A stretch of DNA of 49,383 nt. Origin: a virus. Lineage: Duplodnaviria; Caudoviricetes. The notes under the pieces are model-generated. The model was not told the origin of the DNA, made no database searches, and worked only from the letters and a program-made list of their open reading frames with translations. Where the stretch lies: positions 1-49,383 of the IMG/VR virus record IMGVR_UViG_3300027533_000006. The stretch is one strand, 5' to 3'. This document shows, one piece after another, positions 25,604-37,324 of the stretch. Made by a program: the position numbers and the translations under genes. Each line of letters begins with the position of its first letter. The stretch's first letter is position 1.

Positions 25604-27336
25604 TTCTTCATCTCCGCGTTGATCCTTGCGACTTCAGCCCAGTCACCCTTCTCCAAGGCAGTCTTCAACGCCGCAGCGTTCTCCATGACGTGGGTCTTCA
25701 TCGCGATCGAACTGCTCGGATCCTGGATAATCCTCTTCGCGTAGTCGGCGTAGCCCTTCGCGATACTCTGACTGGTCTCCGGAGTGATCTCTCCAACCAT
25801 CTGAACGGGTCCACTCCTCGGAGTCGTGGGCATCATTCCGATACCCGTGCTCTGTGGAATCGGGTTCGTGGTGAGTGCGTGCGCTGTCCCTCGAAGCGCA
25901 CCCTCGCCGAGTGCGAGCGCCTTTGCACCCCCCTTCCAGTGTCGGTCGAGTTGGACCAAGAAGATCTCCGTCGCCAACTCTGTGAAACCGATCCCCGGCT
26001 TGTAGTCGCAGGAGGCAGTTTCGGGGCCCGCAGACTTGCAGAACTCCTTCTGCATGTCCATTACGTACCGGGTCTTCTGTGCGTCGTTCGGTGCCCGCAT
26101 GGCCAAGTCGTTCAGGGCCTTGAACCTGGGACTCTGGATCAACGCTTCCCGGTGATCGTCCTCGAACTTAAGCCTTTGAGCCTCTTTGATGGAGAGCTCA
26201 ACCTCGGCCATCTTGTCCGGCGGGAGCACGAAGCCCTCTGGCGCCTTCCCGGTCGTCAACCACTTGTACGCGACCCCTTGAGCAATCTCTGGATCCACTC
26301 CGTTGAGCGCCAGGGTCGAGGCCGTCTTCATGGTCTCCTGGGCGAGCGCAGTTGCGGTCTTCTGCTTGTTGAGGGCGTGCTCCGCCGCCCTAATCTGATA
26401 GGTCTTCTCGTCCACTGTGATCTTCTTCTTCGAGAGGGAAGGGCCGAGCCGCTTCTTCGTCTCTGGCGTGAGGACCTTGTCCGGGTTGTCGATGCTCTCC
26501 GCCCACTCACTGATGTCCTTTGGATCAGCGTCCGGGAACTCTTTCAACAGTTCCGTCCGCCGTGCCACGGCCATCTTCTCGTACCAACCAGGTGTAGAGG
26601 GAACCTCCTTCTCCACCTCTTGCTCGATCAAGCGCTGCTTCCCACGGAACGCGAGGATCCCTTCCTTAGTGAAGGGAACGTCAAGGAGCTTCTGTAACGC
26701 AGCCTCGTTCCCAGCCTCGACGTTCGACACAAGGGTCTTGTTCCGGAGGACCTCTACTGCGGTCTTGGACTCCTCTGCCTCTGCCTCCGCGACAGCTTTA
26801 CGTCGGGCTGCAGCGAGCTGTGGTGACACAGTGTAGTCGGGACGACCGCTTGCGCTCTTAGGATTCCCGAAGGCATCCGTCCCCTTGCCGAAGGCACCCG
26901 CTGGGATCCCCTCGGTCACGGTAAGAGATGGAATGCCCTTACTGTCAGTAGTGTACGCAGGGATCTGAGACTTCTTGAGAGGTGGCTCGTAACCCTCTTT
27001 CAGCGTCTCGTGTTCCTTCCGATGCCGGAACCGCGTGAACGGGCTCTCGTTCTCGTGCTTCATCCGCTCGATCCGCTTGGGATCAAGGATCCGCATCACC
27101 GCGGGCATGTTCTGCAACCGCGTTGCTTCCTCAGGATCCGTCTGCTTCAGCTTCGTGAGCTCCAGCTCCCACTTCGCTTGATCGAGCTCTGCCTGCTCGA
27201 GGTCCTGCTTCTGCTTCTGCTCTATGATCTGGTTCCTGGCGTAAGCCTGAACGATCTTCTCCAACGCAGGACCTAGGGACTCCATGAAGGAGGGCTCGAC
27301 GATGTACGCTTCCTTCGTCTCACGAATTTTCGGCAT
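25600..27336 (-). CDS. Internal virion protein (578 aa)
   Basis: Helical, charged; position in the operon. Confidence 0.65.
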   Translation of the reverse strand: MPKIRETKEAYIVEPSFMESLGPALEKIVQAYARNQIIEQKQKQDLEQAELDQAKWELELTKLKQTDPEEATRLQNMPAVMRILDPKRIERMKHENESPFTRFRHRKEHETLKEGYEPPLKKSQIPAYTTDSKGIPSLTVTEGIPAGAFGKGTDAFGNPKSASGRPDYTVSPQLAAARRKAVAEAEAEESKTAVEVLRNKTLVSNVEAGNEAALQKLLDVPFTKEGILAFRGKQRLIEQEVEKEVPSTPGWYEKMAVARRTELLKEFPDADPKDISEWAESIDNPDKVLTPETKKRLGPSLSKKKITVDEKTYQIRAAEHALNKQKTATALAQETMKTASTLALNGVDPEIAQGVAYKWLTTGKAPEGFVLPPDKMAEVELSIKEAQRLKFEDDHREALIQSPRFKALNDLAMRAPNDAQKTRYVMDMQKEFCKSAGPETASCDYKPGIGFTELATEIFLVQLDRHWKGGAKALALGEGALRGTAHALTTNPIPQSTGIGMMPTTPRSGPVQMVGEITPETSQSIAKGYADYAKRIIQDPSSSIAMKTHVMENAAALKTALEKGDWAEVARINAEMKK

Positions 27337-28942
27337 CGGCCATCTCCTTCGCAGCCAGCATCAGGATCCCTATCACGTCGACCGCGTGGATAGTCCGTCC
27401 ATCACCAACGCCGAACAGCCTCTTCATGTCCTGAGCCATCGGGCCGATGTGGATCGTCCCATCGTTCGTGTAGCGCCACGTGCTGATGTCCAGCTCACGG
27501 AGGGCCTTAAGCACGCTGCCACGGAAGGGCACTACGTCCTCCTTGGCCTCGCGGTCCGACTTCGTAATCGCGGCAGCTCCAAGCGTCCCCGCCAAGAGGC
27601 CCAGCGTTTGGAAGAGACTGTTCCCCTGACCCTGCACAACAGGCTTCGGATTGGGATTCGGTGGGAAGCCCGTTGCCATTCCGAGGGCGTAGTTCATGTA
27701 GGGGTTCTCCTGCTGACGGATGAACTCCTGATACGGCCTCGTGATGTTCCCTTCCTGGATGCCCAGATCCATGCCCGCCAACTGAGCGAGGATGCTGCCA
27801 TACTGTCCGTATCCCTGTGACTGGGCCGTGGTCATCCCGGGAATGATCCCTGCTCCCCCGAGCAACCTGTTCTGCTGACTCTCCCATGCACCCTGTAACG
27901 CGGTGCCCTTCTGCACGTTCATATCGGCGATCGTCCGACCCTGTCCCCTGGCCACAGCCTCCGCGACATCCGAGCCCGCACCGAGGCCCATCGCTCCGTA
28001 CTGCTCCCGAATCTGGGCCCCTACGTCCTCAAGCTGCCCCTTGCCCTGTGTGTCGATCGCTTGCATCTGTTGCTCGAGCCCGGGGTACGCACCCTGCATC
28101 TGCCCGATGAGGCTCTCGAAGAGGCCGCCGTACTTGTTGCTGGTGCTCGCTGCACCGGCTCCCGCCTGGGCCGCCTGGTCCATGTAGGGGCTTCCCCCCA
28201 TCATCAAATTGCCGCCATAGCCCGGAGTGGTCGCGTTGAAGTTCTGGGTGAGGAAGCCACCTAGCGCCTCTCGCAGAGCCCTGATGTCTGGGGGAATGTT
28301 CCCCGCGGTGTAGATGTTGTTGATCGCAGTGCCGGTTGGGCTGTCACGGGGCGGGGCGTCCGGGTTATCCGTTACGCAGACTCCGTTCTCCTCATGCATT
28401 CCCCTCGGGCACCCGCCTCCTGGGCTTCCAGGTAGCTGTCCCCAGGTACAGTACCCCAACTTGTTCCGGACCTGTCCTGCCGGACAGGGAGCATTGGGGT
28501 CGGGAGCGTTCGGGTCAGTTGGCCCAGGTGTACTGTTCCCCGGTGGTGGGAGCTGGTGGCACGATCCGTCTGCCTCCCTGACGTAGCCCTCTGGACAAGT
28601 AGTCGAGCCGCTTCCCCCGCGTGGATCCCCTCCAGTCTCCCCACCCCTGTCGATGATCGGCTGGTACGTACCACCTGTCCCCTGCGTCGAGAAGTAGTTG
28701 GCTAGGTCCCCGAGGCCAGTCATCCCGCTCTGCGGAGGGGTGTACGTCTGGGACGTAGGAGCAGTAGCCTGCGTCGTAGGCGCAGCCGTCCGAGTCTGCG
28801 TACCGGTCGGAGTCTGCTGCCCAGCCTGCTGGCCCACAAGCTGGTCGATCGTCTGATACCGGGCAAGGGTGTCCAGCTTCTGCTGGTGATACGGATCGTA
28901 GCCCAGTACGTCTAGGCCGAAGTAGTCGTTTGCAAGTGCCAT
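27320..28942 (-). CDS. DNA pilot/ejection-like protein with C-terminal peptidase S74 (intramolecular chaperone) domain
   Basis: Q/G/A-rich body; SDREAKED...WRY...HIGPMAQD S74 motif. Confidence 0.75.
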   Translation of the reverse strand: MALANDYFGLDVLGYDPYHQQKLDTLARYQTIDQLVGQQAGQQTPTGTQTRTAAPTTQATAPTSQTYTPPQSGMTGLGDLANYFSTQGTGGTYQPIIDRGGETGGDPRGGSGSTTCPEGYVREADGSCHQLPPPGNSTPGPTDPNAPDPNAPCPAGQVRNKLGYCTWGQLPGSPGGGCPRGMHEENGVCVTDNPDAPPRDSPTGTAINNIYTAGNIPPDIRALREALGGFLTQNFNATTPGYGGNLMMGGSPYMDQAAQAGAGAASTSNKYGGLFESLIGQMQGAYPGLEQQMQAIDTQGKGQLEDVGAQIREQYGAMGLGAGSDVAEAVARGQGRTIADMNVQKGTALQGAWESQQNRLLGGAGIIPGMTTAQSQGYGQYGSILAQLAGMDLGIQEGNITRPYQEFIRQQENPYMNYALGMATGFPPNPNPKPVVQGQGNSLFQTLGLLAGTLGAAAITKSDREAKEDVVPFRGSVLKALRELDISTWRYTNDGTIHIGPMAQDMKRLFGVGDGRTIHAVDVIGILMLAAKEMADAENS

Positions 28943-29424
28943 CAGAGTTCCTCTCGTATCACCCCGAGCAAGATCATGTCCTCAAAACCCTTCTCGTCCA
29001 ACCAACCCTTGCGGATGGTCCCTTCCCAGATGAAGCCCACACGCTTGAGGAAGTCCCGTAGGACGCGGTTGCTCCACTTCATCTGAGCCCCGATCCGTTG
29101 CAACTCGAACCGCTCCGTCGCGAGCTTACAGGCCTCCCGGGCCGCGTGGACCCTGGACTTGCCTAGCTTCTGGTCCCAGAACACAACGTTAAACGTCGCT
29201 CTGTTCTGGGGCAAGACGCTGGTAAAGTAAGCCAGCCCAATGTCCCCTATCTCGAGGAACCAGGCCGCCCGATCCTGTGTGAGGTGATAGGCGAACTGAC
29301 TCCTGTCCTGCTTGGGGACACGCAACCCATCGTACAGCGCGAGGATGCGTTGTATATCTCCAAGGGACTCAAACTCCAGGAGCTTCAATGGGACGTGGAC
29401 TTCCTCTACCAGCTGACTCGTCAC
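28942..29424 (-). CDS. GNAT-family acetyltransferase
   Basis: N.......RVGFIWEG.IR RimJ/RimL-type C-terminus. Confidence 0.75.
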   Translation of the reverse strand: MTSQLVEEVHVPLKLLEFESLGDIQRILALYDGLRVPKQDRSQFAYHLTQDRAAWFLEIGDIGLAYFTSVLPQNRATFNVVFWDQKLGKSRVHAAREACKLATERFELQRIGAQMKWSNRVLRDFLKRVGFIWEGTIRKGWLDEKGFEDMILLGVIREEL

Positions 29425-29425
29425 G

Positions 29426-29782
29426 CTACTCCTCCGAGGAGAACACTCCGGTTGGGGGATCGGGGGTCCCGGTCACTGTGCCCACGATGACCCCATCGTT
29501 CGTCAGCCGCTGCAGGATCCGTTTGTGCAGGCTGCTCGTCGTGAAGTTCGCCGTGTTGATGTACTTGATGAAGTCGATCGCAACCTGACCAGTGTACTGG
29601 TGGTTGAGCACTCCACCTAGGTTGTCCCTCAGCCGGATCTGGACCAGTCCCGGCGTCGATGGTGCAGGAGGCGGCGCGACGAGGGCTGCCGTCTCGTGGT
29701 CCATCGAGAAGTAGACCACGTGGTACTTGTTCTTGACCTCTTCCGGCTTGACTTCCGGAGTCGTGAGTGTGAGTTCTTCCAT
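29426..29782 (-). CDS. Hypothetical virion-associated protein (118 aa)
   Basis: RBS GGAG; packed in the operon. Confidence 0.75.
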   Translation of the reverse strand: MEELTLTTPEVKPEEVKNKYHVVYFSMDHETAALVAPPPAPSTPGLVQIRLRDNLGGVLNHQYTGQVAIDFIKYINTANFTTSSLHKRILQRLTNDGVIVGTVTGTPDPPTGVFSSEE

Positions 29783-29783
29783 G

Positions 29784-29960
29784 TTACTGCTCCACTGCCC
29801 GTAGGCCCTGCGTCGGCGTGAGCGCCTTCTTCAACTGGTCGTTCTCCGCGATGAGGCGGTCCATCTCCTTCTGTGTGTAGTACCGGATCACCTCACGCTC
29901 ACCGATGATCTTGTAGAGGTCCTCGAGCTGGACTGCGATCCCTTGCTGTTGCTCACTCAT
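29784..29960 (-). CDS. Small coiled-coil protein, possible fibre chaperone (58 aa)
   Basis: RBS AGGAGG; MSEQQQGIAVQLEDLYKIIGERE...; below the track cutoff. Confidence 0.65.
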   Translation of the reverse strand: MSEQQQGIAVQLEDLYKIIGEREVIRYYTQKEMDRLIAENDQLKKALTPTQGLRAVEQ

Positions 29961-29968
29961 CTGTCCTC

Positions 29969-32041
29969 CTATACGTAGTACGGGACGTAGACCGGGGAGC
30001 CCCCAACATAGAACTTGAGGAACCCGGAATTGGTGGAGCCGTTGCCTGATGTGCCGGGGAAATTGCCGTTATCGGGGGTGCCGACCCACCGTCCGATGTA
30101 CGCGTTGTAGTATGAATCGACGTGATACACACCCGAACTGAACCCCGCTGCGCTCCACACATTACCTTGGACGTAGAGGCCAGTGTTGCAGTAGATGCCG
30201 TAGCTCCCATGCCCTTGAATGTACCAAGTGGTCTGATAAGCCTCACCGCCTTGGCCCGGATAGATCAGTCCACCGGGGTGGAAGTTGCTGCGCCAGACGT
30301 TGGTCGAGGTCCCAATGGTGCCGGACGCGGTGAAGTTACCGGATACATCGAAACCCCCAATGTACGTATCGTTCAAGTTCCTGAACGCGATCCCGTGGCC
30401 CTTTAGATAGGTGACGCTGCTCGACTCGAAAAACAGGCGCTGGTGGCCCTCACTGCTGTTGTGCCATACAGACACAGGGAACGTTATCCCACCAGCCACC
30501 CAAAGGCCCCCGGCCAAATACAACCCGGTATTCGACTTCAGGCCGTAGCTAGCGTGCGAGCTCAGATACCATTGGCTCTGCGTCGTCCACCCTGTGTCTT
30601 CCCGGCCGGGATATATCGGTGCCGTCGAGTAGAGGTCCCAACCTGACGTAATGCTGTTGCCTGCCCCCCGAACTACTACGATTGAGCTCGCACTAACGTA
30701 GATTCCGTTCTGGAAGTCCGTGGCGCCGCGGCACGTCAGGTCACCAAGACTGTTCGAGGTCCCTGTTGTCCAAACGAACGACGCTCTGAGAGGCGCATAC
30801 GCTGCGGCAGGTGTACCAGCGGTGACGACCTCAAGATAACCCGGATACCCGTAGGGATTCCCGTCACGTAAAGCAGGGTAGGTGTCCGTTTGCGCGCCAA
30901 ACTTCAAACTCGCATTGACATTGGTCGGAAGCACCAACGCACCAGACAGGGACAACGCTCCGCCGATGTTGACGTTCCCATTGCGATACCACGTCATCGG
31001 GATGCTCTGGATGGCCGTGTCGCCATCATCGAGCATGTACAGGTTCAGGTTCCCCGAAGCGTGTTGCAGTTTGCAATACCGAGTGCCAGCAGCATAGCCT
31101 CCTGCATAAAATCCAAGGTCCGCATAGGTGGAGCTATAAATCTTCAACTCCTGTCCACCGATTTGGTGCTTCCCTGTATCGGCGAGGGCCAGCCGCTTTG
31201 TTAGCACTCCAGTTGTAGACACGGTGTAAGCGTCGATGCGCGTGGCATCGAGCACCAGCAGCGCCCCGCCATTGGCGGTATCATCCTGCGACCACGCCGA
31301 ACCGGTGTAGTAGAAGTTAGCGGAAATGTCGACGCGACCGCCCGGCACCGCTTGGAACACGCGGCCCTTGGCAACGTCACCACCTGTCTGGAGAATGAGT
31401 TCCGGACGGGTCTTATTGATTAGGACGTTGCCGACCCACGTAGACTTTCCCGCCCGGTCAATCATCATTACCGTGGGGCCGGTCGTCTCCGCGTCGGTGA
31501 TCGCTTCAACCCTGAGCGACTGTCCGTAGGCATACAGTGCCCACTTCTTCCCATCGACAGGCGCAGACATTTCCGAGAAGTTGATCCCAGCCACACCGGT
31601 CGCAGCGGTGAGCCGGAGATGAGGATACGGTCCTGTCAATTCGAGTTTGACTATCTGGTCGTTGCCACCTGGCTCGTGCTGGACGTGGTGCGGCTGGGTG
31701 TTGTCTCCTGTATCCCCTTTCGGACCTTCGGGCCCTGTTTCTCCCTGAATACCTTGTATTCCCTGTGGGCCCGTCGCTCCAGTATTGCCAGTGTCTCCTT
31801 TATCTCCCTTAGCTCCCGTATCGCCTTTGACTCCTTGGACTCCTTGTGTTCCTTGGACACCTTGGTCCCCCTCATCTCCCTTTACGCCCTGGACACCTTG
31901 TGGGCCGATGGGGCCAGTATCGCCCTGGATACCTTGCTCACCCTGGATACCTTGAGGCCCCTGCGGCCCTACTGGTCCGACGCTCGTCGGGTTCCAAATG
32001 GGAACCCACTCCGTGGTTACAGGATCAGGGATGTCTGCCAT
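29969..32041 (-). CDS. Collagen-repeat tail fibre / receptor-binding protein (690 aa)
   Basis: About 30 Gly-X-Y triplets, beta-rich C-terminus with an internal duplication. Confidence 0.8.
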   Translation of the reverse strand: MADIPDPVTTEWVPIWNPTSVGPVGPQGPQGIQGEQGIQGDTGPIGPQGVQGVKGDEGDQGVQGTQGVQGVKGDTGAKGDKGDTGNTGATGPQGIQGIQGETGPEGPKGDTGDNTQPHHVQHEPGGNDQIVKLELTGPYPHLRLTAATGVAGINFSEMSAPVDGKKWALYAYGQSLRVEAITDAETTGPTVMMIDRAGKSTWVGNVLINKTRPELILQTGGDVAKGRVFQAVPGGRVDISANFYYTGSAWSQDDTANGGALLVLDATRIDAYTVSTTGVLTKRLALADTGKHQIGGQELKIYSSTYADLGFYAGGYAAGTRYCKLQHASGNLNLYMLDDGDTAIQSIPMTWYRNGNVNIGGALSLSGALVLPTNVNASLKFGAQTDTYPALRDGNPYGYPGYLEVVTAGTPAAAYAPLRASFVWTTGTSNSLGDLTCRGATDFQNGIYVSASSIVVVRGAGNSITSGWDLYSTAPIYPGREDTGWTTQSQWYLSSHASYGLKSNTGLYLAGGLWVAGGITFPVSVWHNSSEGHQRLFFESSSVTYLKGHGIAFRNLNDTYIGGFDVSGNFTASGTIGTSTNVWRSNFHPGGLIYPGQGGEAYQTTWYIQGHGSYGIYCNTGLYVQGNVWSAAGFSSGVYHVDSYYNAYIGRWVGTPDNGNFPGTSGNGSTNSGFLKFYVGGSPVYVPYYV

Positions 32042-32375
32042 TGTTCAACCAATCGATCGCCTCTAACGCATGTCGAGCCGGTGTCCCTGACTGCCACGGT
32101 ACGATCGTCAGGTAGTTGTACAACATGTCGGCCTCGTCCAACGTGATCTCCAACACGGCCCCGTTCACGAGCTGCCGCTCGGCCTCTCCATTCACCATCT
32201 TCTTCCCGCAGGGCTTCAACTCGCTGATGGCCTCCAGCTTCTCGAACAGTGCGACCTCTTTCCGCAGGAGCTGAATCCCCTTCTTGTCGCTCATGGACCC
32301 TCCGAGCACGAATCCCACGAAGAGGAACTCGAAGTGCCTCGGGCCCAGCTCATCGCTCAAGTCCAGTGTGATCAT
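32025..32375 (-). CDS. Hypothetical protein, possible fibre assembly chaperone
   Basis: Lies between two fibre genes. Confidence 0.65.
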   Translation of the reverse strand: MITLDLSDELGPRHFEFLFVGFVLGGSMSDKKGIQLLRKEVALFEKLEAISELKPCGKKMVNGEAERQLVNGAVLEITLDEADMLYNYLTIVPWQSGTPARHALEAIDWLNNGRHP

Positions 32376-33679
32376 AGCTTGTAGCAGTAGATCATGTCGA
32401 AGTACGGCGGATAGTGGTTCGTAGCCCAGCCCGTGTTGTTAACAACCGCGATAGCGGGGGCAGCAGTCACGCTTCCATCGATCCCTTGTCCCCCGTCACT
32501 TGGGATTCCACCTGTAAGCGCGAGGTGGTGCGAGTGCAAACCCGCGTTGTTCGTATTGTCACTGTAATCGATGTTATGATCGTGTGGACCCCGAGCCATG
32601 TTGCCACTGTTTCCCGCGTCCACGTTCATATCGCCGTTGTTGTTGCTCCCTGTTGTCCCATGCACTCCGAACGCGTGGCTGTGCTCGCCTTCATTGTCCG
32701 TTCGTCCATCGATCCCGACAAGCCCGCCGTGATTGTGGCTAGGCAACGTAAGCCCAGCTGCAGCATGCCCGTGTGCCGGGATCGCAAGGCCCCCCGCTCC
32801 GTGGTAGTGGTCCGTCGCACCGTAGGGTCCACTATAAGTCGCTGATGATCGGAAGAAGTGACCGTCCCACCACGGAGCTCTAGCCCATCCCGCTGGACAC
32901 CCTTCCCAGAACATGGCGACCATGTGCTGAGGGATCTGATCGGGAATCGTCGCCCATACTCCGTCTCCGCGGAGGTAGTACGCACTGCTCCCGTTGAAGT
33001 TCACAGTGGACACGTTACCCAGGCCCAGGTTCGTCCGAGCCGTCCCGGTGTCCGTCGCCCCCGTCCCGCCCTCGCTTACAGGGATCACAGCTACGGTGCT
33101 AGGCTCGCCCCAGATACTCTTCACATATCCGTTGGCCAGCAGATTCAACGCCCGCTCACTCACGAGCGTGGGATGGTTGCTCACCATCCAATACGTGCCA
33201 TCGACCACTGGCCCGATTGGACCCTGTACTCCCGGGGGACCCTGTACACCCTGTGGGCCCTGTGGACCCGTCGGTCCAGGAGGGCCTACGGAGCTGCTGA
33301 TCCCCACTCCAGGCCACGGTTCTGGGGGCGTCGTGGTACCATCGACCACACACATGTAGGCGATGCCGTCCGGCCCGATCACGATGTCCCCGTCGTAGTA
33401 CACTGGAGCCGCGGGATACGCTCCCAGGTAGTCGAGGTTCATCCCTCCACCCGGCCCGCCACCCGTCGCGTTGATGATCACCTGTCCCGGTACGGAGAGG
33501 TCGATCTCTACGTTGTCCCCTGCAACGAGCGTCCTCGCGTTCTCCAGCGTAGGCTCATCCGTCGCCGTAACGAAGGACTCGTTGAGGGCAGGAGTCTCCC
33601 CCGGAGGTCCTTGTGGCCCCTCTGACTTGGAGTTCCAGATCGGGACCCACTCAGTGGTTGCTGGATCCGGTGAGCTCAT
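32372..33679 (-). CDS. Tail fibre with collagen segment and HxH metal-binding tip
   Basis: GXY repeats; [17 protein letters not shown] fibre motif; HYH, HGH, HNH, HSH, HDH, HSH repeats. Confidence 0.8.
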   Translation of the reverse strand: MSSPDPATTEWVPIWNSKSEGPQGPPGETPALNESFVTATDEPTLENARTLVAGDNVEIDLSVPGQVIINATGGGPGGGMNLDYLGAYPAAPVYYDGDIVIGPDGIAYMCVVDGTTTPPEPWPGVGISSSVGPPGPTGPQGPQGVQGPPGVQGPIGPVVDGTYWMVSNHPTLVSERALNLLANGYVKSIWGEPSTVAVIPVSEGGTGATDTGTARTNLGLGNVSTVNFNGSSAYYLRGDGVWATIPDQIPQHMVAMFWEGCPAGWARAPWWDGHFFRSSATYSGPYGATDHYHGAGGLAIPAHGHAAAGLTLPSHNHGGLVGIDGRTDNEGEHSHAFGVHGTTGSNNNGDMNVDAGNSGNMARGPHDHNIDYSDNTNNAGLHSHHLALTGGIPSDGGQGIDGSVTAAPAIAVVNNTGWATNHYPPYFDMIYCYKL

Positions 33680-34299
33680 GTGATGGTGACCATCGGCTGC
33701 TGTTTGGGACTCTCAGTGATTTCCAGTGAGTGCGCCCGGTAAGCCGCGTTCGTCCCCGCCGTCGCAACCGTATCCGCTACCATGTTAGCCGTCAACGCCG
33801 CCCGCGTATGCACCGACATCAACGGGGTCGCGGGTTGCACTATTCGTTGGGTCCACCCAGTTGGAGCATTGCCAGCTGCTGCGACCGCTACGCCACGCGT
33901 TCCGCAACGGACACCCCACGACGTCCCGGTAGTGATGACCGACAGTGCCGGGTATATGATCGTCTGGGTATTGGCACCGTTAGCCACGAAGCTGGTCCTG
34001 TAGTTCAGAGTCTTCTCGGTGTCGGGACGCAGTACCAGTACACATATCTGTGTGGCGTTAGTCCACGTCCCCGTAGTATGATTCGACGCGGTCGCAAGTG
34101 CCCAAGCCGACGTCAGCGCCAACGTGTTTGCCCCAGCAGCCTGCGGCATGTTCCAGTCCGGAACCGTGCCACCTGCCGCCGGTTTAGTGGCCTGAACGTT
34201 GTTCAACCTCTGCGTGAACACCAGCATCATGTCCCCCGGCTGATGCGCTGGGATCGCAACACTTGCTGCTGCAGCTGATGCTGTCCCTTGAACTATCAC
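33676..34299 (-). CDS. Beta-rich virion protein (207 aa)
   Basis: A/T-rich residue composition; P..HQPGD.....P.GW pattern. Confidence 0.65.
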   Translation of the reverse strand: MIVQGTASAAAASVAIPAHQPGDMMLVFTQRLNNVQATKPAAGGTVPDWNMPQAAGANTLALTSAWALATASNHTTGTWTNATQICVLVLRPDTEKTLNYRTSFVANGANTQTIIYPALSVITTGTSWGVRCGTRGVAVAAAGNAPTGWTQRIVQPATPLMSVHTRAALTANMVADTVATAGTNAAYRAHSLEITESPKQQPMVTIT

Positions 34300-35756
34300 G
34301 GTGTGTGCTCGATGAACAACGATACACCCAAATTCGACGGAGTCCCGACTGGAGACGAGAGGACGATTGTCAACTCATCATCCGCTGCAAGGGCCTGGCT
34401 GAACGCCGTGGTCGCTGCGGTCCCGGTCGCCGTGATAACGGAGCCCAAGTTCCCACCGTTCCGACGCACCTGCACCCCTACGCTGGTCCCGGACCCCAGA
34501 CGCGTCCGTACTCCAATCAACGAGGCTGCCTGGGTGCCTAGCATCGGTACGAACATCGACGGCAAAGTGGTCAACGCGGATACATCTCCCACGAGACCCC
34601 ATGTATGGCCGAGCCGAAACGGCCGCGTGATCCCGACTGGCCCCTGTATCCCTTGTATCCCTTGATCTCCCTTCGGACCCTGTATGCCAGTTGCACCTTG
34701 TGCGCCCGTATCCCCTTGTACACCCTGCGGACCCTGCGGACCGGTGTCCCCGATCGGACCCTCTGGCCCCTCTGGCCCCGCTGGCCCCGTTAACCCGATC
34801 GGTCCCTGAATCCCTTGTATCCCTTCCGGACCTTCCGGTCCCGGAATCCCCTGTATACCCTGCGGGCCCGCTGGCCCCGTTGCTCCAGGTGGTCCCGGTG
34901 GCCCCACCGTAGATACGATCCCCGTTCCTGGCCACGGCTCAGGCGGCGTCGTGGTCCCGTCCACAACGCACATATACGCGATCCCATCCTCCGCTACTAC
35001 AATGTCCCCGTCCTTATACGTCGCTGGAGCGTAGTCACCGAGGTACGCGAGGCCCCCACCTCCAGTGCCACTACTCTGGATGATTATGGCTAGACGCTCG
35101 TTGTGGCTGAACTCGCAGAGGCCACCCGGCCCGCTCTGGCTCACGAATTCCACGACGATAGAGAACCAGTCCGTTGATGGAATCACCTCGATCAGCTTCC
35201 ATCTCTGGTGAGAACTAGCCAGAGCGGCGGACTGGATGATGATCTCCGAGGTCGGCTCCGTGATTTCAAAGAACAGGTGCGCGTCGAAGCCCCGATCCGT
35301 CAACCAGTCAATCGCGATCCGTGTCGCCTCAACCTGGACCTCCGCGTTCCAACGGACGAACCCCGCACCAGGGTCCTGCATCTGCTGGCTGTTGGCGTCT
35401 GCCTGGTAGTAGAACACGCTGGCAGATGGCCCAGGCTCTCCGGGTACTCCGGGCACGCCCTGAGGCCCCGGCGGCCCCTCTACACCCTCCGCAAACGTGC
35501 CATCCGCCCGGAGGAAAGTGGTATCACCTCCGGGAAAGCCCGCCAGCTTCGTGATGTCAACGGGGTCATCACCCGTTACGTAGTGCGTGGTAGCGTGCGG
35601 ACCACCGCTGCCCCCCGATCCGCTTAGATTGTTCACCGTTCCAGAGATCAGCTCGAAGTGCTTCTGGATGAGGACAATCATCTCCTCGAAGTACCGCCGC
35701 GAATAGTCCGTCAGCGGTGGCTCGAGTGGGAAGTCGTATGGGAGCTTTACCGCCAC
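34296..35756 (-). CDS. Collagen-repeat tail fibre (486 aa)
   Basis: About 30 GXY triplets; shares a module with 32372-33679. Confidence 0.8.
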   Translation of the reverse strand: MAVKLPYDFPLEPPLTDYSRRYFEEMIVLIQKHFELISGTVNNLSGSGGSGGPHATTHYVTGDDPVDITKLAGFPGGDTTFLRADGTFAEGVEGPPGPQGVPGVPGEPGPSASVFYYQADANSQQMQDPGAGFVRWNAEVQVEATRIAIDWLTDRGFDAHLFFEITEPTSEIIIQSAALASSHQRWKLIEVIPSTDWFSIVVEFVSQSGPGGLCEFSHNERLAIIIQSSGTGGGGLAYLGDYAPATYKDGDIVVAEDGIAYMCVVDGTTTPPEPWPGTGIVSTVGPPGPPGATGPAGPQGIQGIPGPEGPEGIQGIQGPIGLTGPAGPEGPEGPIGDTGPQGPQGVQGDTGAQGATGIQGPKGDQGIQGIQGPVGITRPFRLGHTWGLVGDVSALTTLPSMFVPMLGTQAASLIGVRTRLGSGTSVGVQVRRNGGNLGSVITATGTAATTAFSQALAADDELTIVLSSPVGTPSNLGVSLFIEHTP

Positions 35757-35758
35757 GT

Positions 35759-37324
35759 CTATCGAGCCTGGTAGTCCCGGATCTCGATCTCCGGGTGGAA
35801 GCTGTTGATGATGAGCGACTCAGTCGCAGACCAGTGCGCAATACGGAACTGCACCCTGCCCCCGCTAACCTGGTCATCTACCGTGAAGGTGCGATCCCCT
35901 GCCGGCTGCGCAGGAACCACTTTGGGAAAGGGTCCCTGCCACAATCCGCCATCCGCACGGTAGAAGAAGTCTACATTCATCTCGGAGCCGCTGCTCTTAT
36001 ACGAGACCGTCACGCTCCGCAACGTCATCTGCCTGCCCTGGAGCTCGTTGCTCACGTCCCCTGCACTCAACTCCTTGCTGCTCCAGTAGCAGGGGATCGC
36101 GATCCCATCATCGCTCAGGTGCCCGTGGTTCCACACGTACACGCGTCCATCCGTATGGCCGGTCAACAACGCTGGATACGCACTGCTCAACGACACAGCG
36201 TCCCACTCCAGCTGGAAGGTGTCCCATGGAATGGGAAACGCGTCCCAGATAGCGGTGTTCCCAACCCGGTGCAAGGTGCTACACTTGGGCCCGCTGACCG
36301 TCCAAGGGTACCAGGCTCCTCGTCCCCAGTTATACGCCCATACTCTGTCCGGAGTCTTGTGATGCCCACTGACGATGAAGAAGAGGGCCTCCTGGGTCTC
36401 GTTCATCACCTCTCCGAACATCATATGTTCGAACTCGCTGTTGATCTGCCGGTACAGCTCATCGATCACTGCGGCCGCGACACCCGTGGCACCCGTTCCA
36501 TTAAACTCGTACACGTCGTCCGTACCGAGGTACACATGTAGATTCCGTCTACCCGTCACAGTGTGTGGGGCTAGCAGCCCACTCTCCGTGATGATTGGTT
36601 GCCATTCGATCGGCGCGGCCGCGTTACCTGTCCTCACACCGATCCACACGACCTTCTCTGTATACGCTGCGATCCGGGTGCCAATCTTCCTCAGGTTATA
36701 CAGGTGATAGGGACCCTCGGCCAGATCAGTAAACCCGCTTCCCACTCCCGTCCAATCCGTGTGGTCCCCAGCTACACACCTTCGGATCCGGAACGGCTTC
36801 CGGATCCCTGGTGTCCCCTCTAGGGTGTCTCCAAGTAGCAACCTGTCCGCCCCCCTTGTCATGTATCGGGCTGCTGGGCAGTCGGGGCTCAGGATGGCGT
36901 AGGTAGTAGTAAACGGTGTGCGGATCACAGGGTCGATGCCCTGACTGGCAACGATGCTGTTCTGGCTCACTTCCCACGAGAACAGGTTCTCCCCTCCTCC
37001 CGTGAACGGCGGCCCTGAGCACAGCACCCAGTCGTACAGGTCCCGGTCATACTTGTACATCGCGGTCTCGGACCACGCGTACAGGTGCACCTTGTTGGCC
37101 TCATCCCTCGTACTCGCGAGGCCCATCACACTCGTGTCGAAGGGGGCGTTCGCTGGTCGGAACTGCCGATACCCTGGCCTCTTGCGGAGGCACCCACCCA
37201 CAACGCACATGTTCATCATGTCGGGCGAGGCACCCAGCGGAAGCTCCTTCGCAGGGAGCTGGGTGATCATCCCCGCAGTGGGGTAGATGTCGAGGGTCTG
37301 TCGAGTAGCGACTCCAGTCCGCAT
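35759..37324 (-). CDS. Tail nozzle/stabilisation protein (T7 gp12 / P22 gp10-like beta-propeller)
   Basis: Size and position; N-terminal N....G.LRKRPG motif. Confidence 0.7.
   Translation of the reverse strand: MRTGVATRQTLDIYPTAGMITQLPAKELPLGASPDMMNMCVVGGCLRKRPGYRQFRPANAPFDTSVMGLASTRDEANKVHLYAWSETAMYKYDRDLYDWVLCSGPPFTGGGENLFSWEVSQNSIVASQGIDPVIRTPFTTTYAILSPDCPAARYMTRGADRLLLGDTLEGTPGIRKPFRIRRCVAGDHTDWTGVGSGFTDLAEGPYHLYNLRKIGTRIAAYTEKVVWIGVRTGNAAAPIEWQPIITESGLLAPHTVTGRRNLHVYLGTDDVYEFNGTGATGVAAAVIDELYRQINSEFEHMMFGEVMNETQEALFFIVSGHHKTPDRVWAYNWGRGAWYPWTVSGPKCSTLHRVGNTAIWDAFPIPWDTFQLEWDAVSLSSAYPALLTGHTDGRVYVWNHGHLSDDGIAIPCYWSSKELSAGDVSNELQGRQMTLRSVTVSYKSSGSEMNVDFFYRADGGLWQGPFPKVVPAQPAGDRTFTVDDQVSGGRVQFRIAHWSATESLIINSFHPEIEIRDYQAR

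Noticed and set aside
21236-26697. Long + strand ORFs (21236-22432, 23681-25051, 25591-26697) and - strand ORFs such as 13420-14493
   Set aside because: These are antisense shadows of real genes, expected in GC-rich DNA with biased codon usage. They have no RBS or motifs.
29969-35756. Diversity-generating retroelement acting on the fibre repeats
   Set aside because: There is no reverse transcriptase, and the shared modules differ at synonymous positions rather than specifically at adenines.
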